Of a DNA stretch of 64,000 bases, positions 44,272 through 56,131 are shown one piece after another. How positions within the stretch are numbered: the first letter of the stretch is position 1; every line of letters starts with the position of its first letter. The notes under the pieces were generated by a model. The model did not search any database. It was not told where the DNA came from and saw only the letters and a list, made by a program, of their open reading frames with translations. The DNA is from Eledone cirrhosa. Lineage: Eukaryota. The stretch covers positions 22,134,001 to 22,198,000 of the forward strand of contig OZ024742.1 in the NCBI GenBank assembly GCA_964016885.1, in the 5' to 3' direction. The translations under genes were made by a program, and so were the position numbers.

Positions 44272-44333
<62 letters not shown>

Positions 44334-44337
<4 letters not shown>

Positions 44338-44512
44338 AGAGTCAGGACCCTGATGGCTGAGCTCTTGCCATTTCAACAGCTACTTTGGAACTAGCTGTTG
44401 AAACTGTAAGAGCTCAGCTGTTGAGGTCCCGACTCTTTATAATATAACCATATTCTACTACCCCAAGTATCGAGTTCTCTGGTGAGTAATGGTCTAATCA
44501 GTTTCAAACTGT
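44334..44512. mobile_element. Mini fold-back PLE-like end (~50-bp imperfect arms) plus 3' tail
   Basis: aaagagtcaggacc..caacagcta / tagctgttgaaac..cccgactcttt; the tail matches the reverse complement of 29095-29195; related fragments at 28529-28593 and 28782-28830. Confidence 0.65.
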
Positions 44513-45061
44513 ATATATATATATATAAAATATTATAAAAAGGAATAATAGATACAATATACCTATTTTTTTCTTTAGTCCCAACTACAGTTTCGCTGGT
44601 CACTATGCAAAAATGTTATATCATAGATATACAACATTGTTGTGAGGTAAGCCAGCTTATCAAGAGAGCACCTCAGGGAAGAGCCCTAACTACATACGTC
44701 CGTAGCATGCGAGAAAATCTCAGAAAGGCGGAGGCAGACTCTATCACGTGATACACCGGTCAAGAAAGGGGATTAGTCCCTTGTAGCAGTGAAAATATCT
44801 CAGAAGGTGGAGGGAGATATTGATAGGATACATAGGCTACAGAAACAGCATTATGACTGCATCACATTAAAGATTAAATTCTCTTCTCTAACGTTGCAAA
44901 TTTTCAAACCTATCTGTTGACAGGTAAAGAAATTATAAACAATTAAAGGTTGTAGAGTGTAAGCATCATGTTTACAGCCCTTTCCTGATGATTTTATTTG
45001 TATGAAACAGTTCTAGTCCTGTAGAAGCCATTTCTATATTAAACATGATGTATATATATAT

Positions 45062-45420
45062 CGAGACCTCTGGCGTTACGCAGTAATACAGAAGACCCGA
45101 CTTCCCATGGGTACAAACCGAAGCTGAAGCATTTAGATAGTATGCACTCACCCTCTCCCACTGTGAATTAGTCGTGTAGGTGTCACGACAAAAAGTCACC
45201 CAGTCCACACTCTAGAGTGGTCGTGTAGGCGATATGGTAAAAAGCACCCAGTACACACTGTAAATGAGGTTGGTGTTAGGAAGGACATCCAGCTGTAGAA
45301 ATCAATCCAAAATCAGTTCTGTATGAGCAAGACATGGTCACCTGACCTAGCATTGCCCACAACTTGTCAAACCCATGCTAGTATGAAAGAATGGATGTAA
45401 AACGGTGATGATGATGATGA
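45062..45420 (+). mobile_element. RTE LINE 3' end
   Basis: RDLWRYAVIQKTRL followed by the RTE 3' UTR and (GAT)n. Confidence 0.88.
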
Positions 45421-45740
45421 TATATGAAGAAAGAGAAAGCGTGAACGAGAGAAGAAGGAGCCCTCTTTGGAGGAGAGGGGGCTCTGTTTGATGTGAGGGT
45501 GGCAGCACCCTCACAAATAAATCTGGCCCTGTTGACGCAAACCCTTTTAAATAGTTTTATTATATGTTAAAGTCCTTATCACCTATATATATATGTATAC
45601 TAAAGCTACTATGACTAGCCTCATGAGCTGGAATGGCTCTTTCCGCACGTCTCCTTCACCATCCTCCAGGGAAACACCTTCTCTATTCTGTACGTTGGGG
45701 CCGTGGGATGGCCAGCATGTCGGCCCCCATTTGCTCATAA

Positions 45741-45930
45741 TAATTGTTTCTACTTTTGTCACAAGTCCAGCAATTATCCCAGTGCATTACTGGTACTTTA
45801 TTTCATCGACCCCGTAAGGATGAAAGGCAAAGTTAACCTCAGCAGGATTTGAACTCAGAACATAAAGAGACGTAACTCTATGCTGTGAAACAGGGTGTCT
45901 GACTCTACTGATTCTGCCAGTCCACCGCCC
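45741..45930 (-). mobile_element. SINE family 2, full length, with TSD
   Basis: Reverse complement of the 370-566 type; direct repeat cccatttgctcataataat at 45726-45744 and 45928-45946. Confidence 0.9.
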
Positions 45931-46483
45931 ATTTGCTCATAATAATGAGAGATGGGGATAGTGGGGGACGGAGGCAGTGACAGTGGGAGTTTGGTTCCTT
46001 TGTGTTCAGACACACACTCACACTGAGCCAGTATAGTCATTTATTTTTTAGTTTACACATATCTTGGTTGCTATTTCTATATATACTAAAGCTACTATGA
46101 CTATTCTAACTAAAACTAAAATTTGTGCCAATATTTTATGCTGTGTCACATCTTATATTTCAACCATAATCACTGAACCAGGTGAACTTGTGACTCTGAC
46201 AATAAAGGATTCTATCAACTTCCTGTACTCTCTATAAATTGTTACTTGTACTTCCTATTCTTTATAAATTACCTGTTGAACTTCCTGTTATTTTTATCAT
46301 GACATTTTTAATTAAATCAATATTTGTTTTATTGATTTTATATTTAAAGTTTGATAATTATTTGTTTTTCCTTGTTGCCTTTAAATGAATCAAATGAAAC
46401 TTTACTTTCTTGTTAAAGTGAGATTTCAGACCAATGTTCCATTGGTCTTGCTGTTGAGACAGACTCTGTACTGGTTGGTGAAC

Positions 46484-46956
46484 ACTCAGCTATTGGGATC
46501 AAGTCATTTCACTCAACTGTTGGCATAAACCACTCCACTCAACTATTGGCATAAGTCACTCCACTCGACTGTTGGCATAAACCACTCCACTCAACTGTTG
46601 GCATAAAACACTCCACTCAACTATTGGCATAAGTCACTCCACTCAGTTATTGGCATAAACTATTCCACTCAACTGTTGGCATAAACCACTCCACTCAACT
46701 GTTGGCATAAACCACTCCACTCAACTGTTGCCATAAGTCACTCCACTCAGTTATTGGCATAAACCACTCCACTCAACTATTGGCATAAGTCACTCCACTC
46801 AACTGTTGGTATAAACCACTCCACTCAGCTGTTGGCATAAACCACTCCGCTCAACTGTTGGCATAAACCACTCCACTCAATTATTGGGATAAGGTTACTA
46901 CACTCAACTGCTGGCATATAGTCCCTCCACTCGACTATTGGCATGAGTCACTCCAC
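46484..46956. repeat. ~25-26-bp minisatellite, ~18 units
   Basis: Unit cactccactcaactgttggcataa(ac/gt). Confidence 0.93.
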
Positions 46957-47047
46957 ATTTTAGTTTATTGTCTTCTAGTGTGTGTTGTTTTGACAATTAG
47001 GCTATATAAACGGAACACACGACTGTCTATCTAACTATCTACTATCA

Positions 47048-47607
47048 ACTGCTGTTGCATGTGGGACAAATCCAGTTGATTGCCGAGTCCATAGTAAGGA
47101 TCAAACCACCACCTTCATTTAAAAACGAAAAAGGTGGTTTTCCTCTGTATAGTGGCTACAGTGGAAGAGGTTATATGGTGGATAAGGTTGAGAGGACTGA
47201 GGACAGATGCCTTTCTCTCCAGACAACAACTCATTCCCTTCTTTAGGTACCACTTTAGAAGGAGAATCAGAGTGGAGAGAGAGGTACTGCACCCCAGTAA
47301 ATTTACTGAAAGGTGGGTGAATGTAGCAAAAATGGCCTGAGTGATTGTGCCGTCTCTGTATATAAACCTGTAGGTTAAAGAAGAGAGCAAAACGAAGAAA
47401 GGAGCACTTGCACAACATGCTCCTGGAGTTGAGGGTTATTCTATCTATGGGGTATAAAGCAACCCATTTGTAACACCTCCTATTGGGGATTTCGATTGTT
47501 ATATTTTCATGTTAAAACCTTTTTTTACATGAATGTATGTAAAATCCTCGCCATATGTCTTTGTATTTTCCCCTTTTCTTGTGTGCCCTTGTGGCAAATA
47601 AAGAAAC
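47048..47607 (+). mobile_element. Probable Tx1 (L1-group) LINE 3' fragment
   Basis: VFLCIVATVEEVIWWIRL..LIPFFRYHFRRRIRVERE..KFTERWV* resembles the Tx1 ORF2 C-terminus (K..IW..R ... F...W); 3' UTR ends in AATAAAG next to (CTAT)n. Confidence 0.6.
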
Positions 47608-47649
47608 CTATCTATCTATCTTCATCAATCTATCTATCCATCCATCCAT

Positions 47650-47990
47650 CCATTGGTTTCTACAGCTGGATGTCCTTCCTAATGCCAACTGCATTTACAG
47701 TGTGTACTGGGTGCTTTTTGTCTTGCCAACTACACAACCACTTTACAGTGTGGGTTGGGAGTTTTTTTGGTGCTGCCATCACGACCACTTTACAGTGTGG
47801 GCTTAGGACTTTGGTGGGAGATGTGTGTTGTGGATTGGGAAGGTGGGTATTTGGCCAGTGGGTGAGGGACAGAGTGTTAGGACATGGGAGGTAATGGAAG
47901 AGGGGTGGAGTGGAGCACACTAGATGTATTCTTCAGCCTGTGCTCATGGCAGATGTATGGAAGAGTGGGTTGGGTGGAGGTGAAGGTGGT
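47650..47990 (-). mobile_element. Degenerate RTE 3' UTR fragment
   Basis: tttctacagctggatgtccttcctaatgccaac and ttacagtgtggg repeats shared with the RTE copies. Confidence 0.65.
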
Positions 47991-48434
47991 GTATACTACA
48001 TTTATGCTTCATCAATGCAGCCTAAACACAACAATTAACACAAGAAATTTGCTTCAATTAGATAATACACAGCAATTAACACCCCCTCCTACTTCTCATG
48101 AATACTATAGCAAACATTAAAACACAATACATGAAAGCAGTTTCTAAATTTTTAACTTAACTCAATCTTCAAAGCAATAAGACCAGAACTCTGAGAGTTC
48201 CTCATACTCTGAAGAAGGCATTTTTGAAGCCCGAAATATTAGGACAAAAAAAAAGATAATAATAATTGTTTCTACTTTTGGCACAAGCCCAGCAATTACC
48301 CAGTACATTACTGGTACTTTATTTAATAATTAATATAATATAATTAATAATTAACAATAATAATTAATATCAAATAACTAACTTTTTCGTTACTTGCATT
48401 TTACTGTCCATTTTACATAGTTTAGTCTTCTTAA

Positions 48435-48640
48435 CCCTTTAGTATTTAAACCAGCTGTGTCCAGCCAGAATTATCTCCCTTCTTTCTGTTCAAACCAGCC
48501 ATAACTGACCACCTATATCAATGTTAAGGTATTGTTCTCAAAATAAATAACATCATCAAAATCTCGTAGATTCAATATTATGTGAGATAAAAGCCTTTAC
48601 TGCAGAAATACAATAGTAGAGTAATGTAAATGCTAAAGGG
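48435..48640. mobile_element. piggyBac-like MITE
   Basis: TTAA TSD at 48431-48434 and 48641-48644; 14-bp TIR CCCTTTAGTATTTA / TAAATGCTAAAGGG with one mismatch. Confidence 0.85.
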
Positions 48641-48971
48641 TTAAACATATCCCTTTCTACCTTATAAACTATACACAATGCTTCAAGCAAACTACAAAAT
48701 TTTATTATGTGTATGTATGTATATGTATGAGTGTATATGTGTATCTATATATATGAATGTATGTGTGTATATGAATGTATGAGTGTATATGTGTATGTAT
48801 GTATATGTCCATGTCTGTGTTTATATTTATGTCCTATAACTTTGCAGTTTGACAAAAAGATATTGATTTTTAAAAAATGTACTGCGGTTGATATGATTAA
48901 TTGAAATCAAGGTGGTGCTCCAGCATGGGCACTGTCTAAACACTGAAATACGTAGAAGAATAAAATAGTAA

Positions 48972-49103
48972 AGGTGGTGATAGTAATGGTTGTTTTGGAG
49001 GCACCAGTGGCTGGCATGCTGATGATACAGATAACCATTATGATGATGATAGTGATGATAGTGGTGGTGGTGGTGGTGGTGGTGGTGGTGGTGGTTGTTG
49101 TTG

Positions 49104-49135
<32 letters not shown>

Positions 49136-49372
49136 CAGTTAATACAAATGATAGTGATAGTGGTGGTGATGATGGCAATGGTGGTGGTGGTGGTGGTGGT
49201 GATAGTGGTGGTTGTTGTTGTTGTTGGTGGTGGTGGTGGGCAATTAATACAAATGATAGTGATAGCGATGATGATAATGGTAATGGTGGTGGCAGCAACA
49301 TGCTGTCAATATAGATGGCCATTATGATAATGATGATGATGATGATGATAATGATGATGATGATGATGATAT
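48972..49372. repeat. (GGT/GTT/GAT)n trinucleotide tract
   Basis: Directly visible. Confidence 0.92.
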
Positions 49373-49665
49373 CGATATAGAAGAAAGAATTGATAGAGTG
49401 GGCAGTGATCCAGTGTTTTAGTGAGATAATCACTGACTGTGATACAAAAATAGAAATAGTAATGTTTTGATTTCTATCTACACACTTGATTTATACAGCA
49501 ATGCTACAACACTATCAATGCTATATATATATATGTGTATATATATATATAGCACACACTCACACATATATACATACATATATATATATATATATTCATT
49601 TATGTGTGTGCTTGTGTTTGGACATGGCTGTATATATATATGTATGTTTAGACATATATATACAA

Positions 49666-49748
<83 letters not shown>

Positions 49749-49920
49749 CATATATATATATATACATATATATATATACATATATATCATCATCATCGCT
49801 ATTACTCCCACTCTCTCTAATATATACGTCCCTCTCGATCTCTCACTCCCTAATATAAATAAGAATGTTACGAGGGACAAAACCTCAGAACTTGTCAACC
49901 CTTATTAAATGGTCAGTCGA

Positions 49921-49955
<35 letters not shown>

Positions 49956-49990
49956 GATGTGTTGTTATATATGTATATATATATATATAT

Positions 49991-50239
49991 GATGTATTGT
50001 TTCCTTGAGCAAGACACTTTATTTCACATTGCTCCAGTTTACTCAGCTGTAGAAATGAGATAATAGGGACCCCACTGCAAAGTGGTCGTGGAGGTGCCAC
50101 GGCAAAAAAGCACCCAGCACTCACTGTAAATGAGGTTGGTGTTAGGAAGGGCATTCAGCTGTAGAAATCAAGCCAGAATCAGTTCCCGTCCCACCCTTGC
50201 AAGCAGGGAAAAGTGGACGTAAAATGATGATGATGATGA

Positions 50240-50243
<4 letters not shown>
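49991..50243 (+). mobile_element. SINE family 1, 5'-truncated
   Basis: Matches 39305-39575 with a small internal deletion; lies within (TA)n. Confidence 0.88.
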
Positions 50244-50273
<30 letters not shown>

Positions 50274-50537
50274 TTTAACGATCAGTGAAAGCAGACATTA
50301 AGACAGTGAATATATATATATACACACACATATATATGTGTATATATACATATATGTGTGTGTATGTGTGTGTATAATGGTATGAAGGGAAATCGAATCC
50401 AGTGAAGAACAAATATCCAGCAACCTACAACACACACACATACACATATATACACAGACACACATATACAGAGACACATACACACACACACACATACACA
50501 TATAGACAGACACATACACACATATACAGAGACACAT

Positions 50538-50568
<31 letters not shown>

Positions 50569-51108
50569 TGCACACAGATGTAGCTAAATGCACACACATT
50601 CAGACACACATATACACACATACATACACACATCACACACACATATACACACATACATACACACATCACACACACATATATACACACATACATACACACA
50701 GCCATACACACATACATCGATCTTTGCAATAATTTCCAACAATAGGGATCAATATGTCTGCTAGAAGAAGAATGGTACACTAACGATGATGGAACTGCCT
50801 ACTCATGGAATTGATATGTAAGTGCTTGACTATTCTATAGTCACGTATACCCTTAATGTTATTCTCAGGGAGATTCAGCATGGCACAGTGTATGACTGGG
50901 CCAGTCATTTCATTTATAAGTACATAACATCTTGTGTTTTAATGTAAGTGGCTGAGCATTCCACAGACATGTGAACCTTTAACATAATTCTCAGGGAGAT
51001 TCAGCATGACACAGCATGTGAAAAGTCATTTGAATTATAAATATAGTTTATCTAATTGGCTTCCAAACAATTTCAGTCTACACAAGGCATGGGTTGATCT
51101 AAGACTTA

Positions 51109-51424
51109 CGAAGGTCAGACGAAAAGTTCAATGACCAAATAAGGTTTATTTTTTCAACATAGTCCCTGGAAAGAAACAAAGCAGTTATTAATAAAAAGAG
51201 TTGAAATTAATACATGTAAGATTTCACAGCCCTAGCATCACTCCTTCATAGACTGACCAAGATGCTCTCATGGAATGACCAAATAAGGTTTATTTTTCAA
51301 CATAGTCCATGGAAAGAAACAATGCAGTTATTTTTAAGAAGAGTTCAAATTAATGCATGTAAGATTTCATAGCCCTAGCATCATTCTTTCATAGTTAGCA
51401 TATAAACTTTTCGGCCGACCCTCA
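51109..51424. mobile_element. mariner-like MITE with an internal ~145-bp tandem duplication
   Basis: Left TA-CGAAGGTCAGACGAAAAGTTCA; right end reverse-complements to TGAGGGTCGGCCGAAAAGTTTA; aatgaccaaataaggtttattttt..caacatagtcc occurs twice; right TA degenerate. Confidence 0.7.
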
Positions 51425-52287
51425 GATGGTACACTACACTTGCCTAAGATGCCATGCAGTAGAATCGAACACAGAAGCTTATGATTACAAAGTAAAACTC
51501 TTCACTATTTGTCTATGATGTTCCAACTGAGATGAATGGTAGTGCTTTTCCTAATAGCATTATATCTTCGATTGAATCAACAATCCACCAGCAATGATGC
51601 TGTTAGTGGATATGTTTGTACTTCTGGCAATGTTACATGGCAAATTTAAATGAAAAACAATCCTAAATTTGATTAGTCTGGATCTGATCCGAAGCTATTT
51701 TTATTTGGCTGAAAATCATTGCTATGTAGTGTGTGACTTTTATGGTCTTTTATATATAGAAATGTATACAATATGTGGATGTACATGTGTAGCTGTATTT
51801 GGGAGTGTGTGGTGTTTCTGTGTGTTTCTGTGCTTATGTGTGTGTGTATGCATATATATATATATAAATACAATATCATCATCATTTAATGTCCATTTTT
51901 CCTATATACATATGTATGTATATATATATATTTAAATATATATATATATATATATATATCCACACACAAACTTATGTGTTAGTATGCATATGTATATATA
52001 TATTATCCTTACAAATATCTATACACACATATATAGATGTGTGTGTGTGTATATGTGTGTATGTATGTATCTGTGTCTGAGTCTGTGTGTGTGTGTGTAT
52101 GTGTGTATGTATGTATCTGTGTCTGAGTCTGTATGTGTGTGTATGTATGTGTGTGTATGTATGCGTGTGTATGTGTGTAAATAAGAAGACAATAAAAGCT
52201 AAATAATCCCTACTCTGTTTATTACATTCAATTTTTCCTTTCTGCGGATTACTGCAATCACCCATTCTGAATTTATCTACATACATG

Positions 52288-52366
<79 letters not shown>

Positions 52367-52514
52367 ATGCTTTGGGAGGGTCATGTTGCCAATAAGAAAA
52401 ACACGCACTAGTTGCTTTCACTCCAATTTATTATAAATTAAATTCATATATTTAAGAATTTATAAATTTCCGGTTGGTTGGTTGGTTCCACAACCGGAGG
52501 GTTGTTCATATATT

Positions 52515-52557
52515 GTCAAAGTTCTTTCGTCACACATTCTGTGACCTCTTCAGTGAC
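52515..52557 (-). ncRNA. Type I hammerhead ribozyme (left arm of palindrome 2)
   Basis: Reverse complement of 52692-52734. Confidence 0.75.
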
Positions 52558-52691
52558 TGGGGATTCTTTTCTTTGTTTTGTGCCTCTCCTTTGTTCTGTC
52601 CTACACCATCTTGTTTGAAAAAAAAAAGAAAAAACAAGATGACGTAGGACAGAACAAAGGAGAGGCAGAAAAACAAAGAAAAGAATCCTCA

Positions 52692-52734
52692 GTCACTGAA
52701 GAGGTCACAGAATGTGTGACGAAAGAACTTTGAC
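52692..52734 (+). ncRNA. Type I hammerhead ribozyme (right arm of palindrome 2)
   Basis: GTCA-CTGAAGA-g-GTCACA gaatg TGTGAC-GAAAG aa CTT^TGAC; triplet CUU. Confidence 0.75.
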
Positions 52735-52917
52735 AATATATGAACAACCGTCCGGTTGTGGAACCAACCAACCGGAAATTTATAAATTCTTAAATTTATA
52801 AATTTAATTTATAATAAATTGGAGTGAAACAGCTGGTGCGTGTGTTTCTTATTGGCAACATGACCCTCCCAACACACGTCTTCAGATAAAGAATCTTGCT
52901 AAACAAATTCAGAAACG

Positions 52918-54473
<1,556 letters not shown>

Positions 54474-54524
54474 ACGTGACGTAAAACTGTTCTCATGAAG
54501 CATTACAGTTTCATCATAGTTTTT

Positions 54525-54690
54525 TTTCAACATATGTCTGCCAACGTAAAACCTACGATATTTCAACATATGTCAGCCAACGTAAAACCTACGATATTTC
54601 AACATATGTCAGCAAACGTAAAATATACGATATTTTAACATATGTGTGCCAACGTAAAACCTACGAGATTTTGACATATGTGTACGCATG
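54525..54690. repeat. 36-bp tandem repeat, ~4.5 units, upstream of LINE ORF1
   Basis: aacgtaaaa recurs every 36 bp (54543, 54579, 54615, 54651). Confidence 0.9.
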
Positions 54691-55000
54691 TATTTGAACA
54701 TATGTATGCAACAACGTAACTGCACATGCATGCACATCAACTGATTTTTGTGGATTATATGGAAACAATTTTTCTATTTTTCTTTTTTCTATTTACTATT
54801 TTCTATTTTAAATCATATTTTTATCTTTAGTATTTGAAAAAGAAAAACTTGTAGAAAAATGTCATTACTACATTTTTAATGCTACCATGAATATTACAGT
54901 ATCGTATATTCTCGAAGTTTCTTAACACTGTCATTACTATATTTCTAATGCTTTTCTTCAACTCCAACCGTCAACGTGTGTACATTTTCTAAGTACAATA

Positions 55001-56100
55001 ATGCCTGCAACTACAAGAGTTCGCTCGGCTGTCCAAACTTATCACAATGTTATGCCATCGATCTGTAACTGTAACTGCGAGCGGTTGAAACTGAACCTTA
55101 CCCAAATCGAACTGAAAAACGCTAACTTGCAAACTCAACTTGATGCCCTCATATCAAAGATGTTGATAATGGAAGAAACGATATTATCACTTCAACCTCC
55201 TATTGATGCGACTTCCAGACCGTCTAAATCTGCATCTTCCCAGATGAAGACGATCAAAGCAAAACTGAAGCACCAACAGAAGCAAAGCAAGAAGATGGCA
55301 GATGCTGCACAAGACAACACCAAGCAAAACACATTGGTCTCGTCTACTCATCAAATTCCTGCAGGTGCATCTACCACGATGAATAATGCAGCTTTAATCT
55401 CTGATGAAGACACTGTAAATCCCTCTGTCGAGGTTTGGCAGTCTCCAAAAGATGACACCGCCACTCCGATACGGTTGATGATCAGAACAAACCTTGTCTC
55501 CCTATCAGCTCAGCAGATAATTTTGTTACGGCAAATACAAGTCCGCTTGAAGATGAAGGGGATCGTGTCAACTCAATAAACGGTCGCCATTATGTTACAG
55601 ATAAATGTGGTACCCCCAAGACAGCTGCTAGCGCTGAAGAACAACAGTGTAACAAATCTGTTTATGTCTACGGAGTTTCCGAAAGGTGTGCAAATACTGA
55701 AAAGGAGAGGTACCACCAAGACTTTGAGTTTATCTCAAACATTATCAAAGTCACTATTGGCGATTCAGATGACAAGATGCAAGTCCGAGCCGTGAGAATT
55801 GGCCAAAAATCTGAAGAATGAAATCCCAACTCAAAAGCCCAACCCATCAAAGTCAGATTCTCTACTTCTCAGCAAGCAGAGGACTTCCTTGCCAAAGCCA
55901 GAAAGTGTTACCGGAGTAGTAAATTGGATTTTTGGAAGGAGTTCTCCTTAAAAGAAAGAATCCATTGGAGAACTTTGAAGACAGAACTCAGGTCATGCAT
56001 AGCTGCTGGAGAGACTGGTCTGCGGATGAGAAACTGAAAGATAGTACACACTTACCTTTGGGCGGCCCCAATAACGATATCCAAAGACTCCAAATTCCCT
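55001..56100 (+). pseudogene. CR1 ORF1 remnant (coiled coil plus RRM-like domain)
   Basis: Heptad-like LKLNLTQIELKNANLQTQLDALISKM; in another frame NKSVYVYGVSE..VRAVRIGQK..QPIKVRF; several frameshifts and stops. Confidence 0.65.
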
Positions 56101-56131
56101 GGCCGAACAAACAGCCATCTCAGATGAGAAG

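Larger units (their letters stand above)
40135..44275. mobile_element. Penelope-like retroelement, two 5'-truncated copies head-to-head (arms ~40135-41991 / 42068-44140; plus-strand tail to ~44275)
   Basis: ~1.9-2.1-kb inverted repeat; GIY-YIG coding sequence at the centre; long 3' UTR; a hammerhead near each outer end; (TA)n on both flanks. Confidence 0.92.
52363..52918. mobile_element. Fold-back PLE-like pseudo-LTR element, copy 2 (arms 52372-52616 / 52632-52872)
   Basis: ~245-bp near-perfect arms; A-rich 15-nt loop; a hammerhead in each arm; tail shared with 26846-26882; (TA)n on both sides. Confidence 0.85.

Noticed and set aside
48203-48245. Hammerhead (CTGAAGA AGGC..GCCC GAAATATT)
   Set aside because: Stem I is only 2 bp and stem II is 3 bp; too weak to list as a feature.
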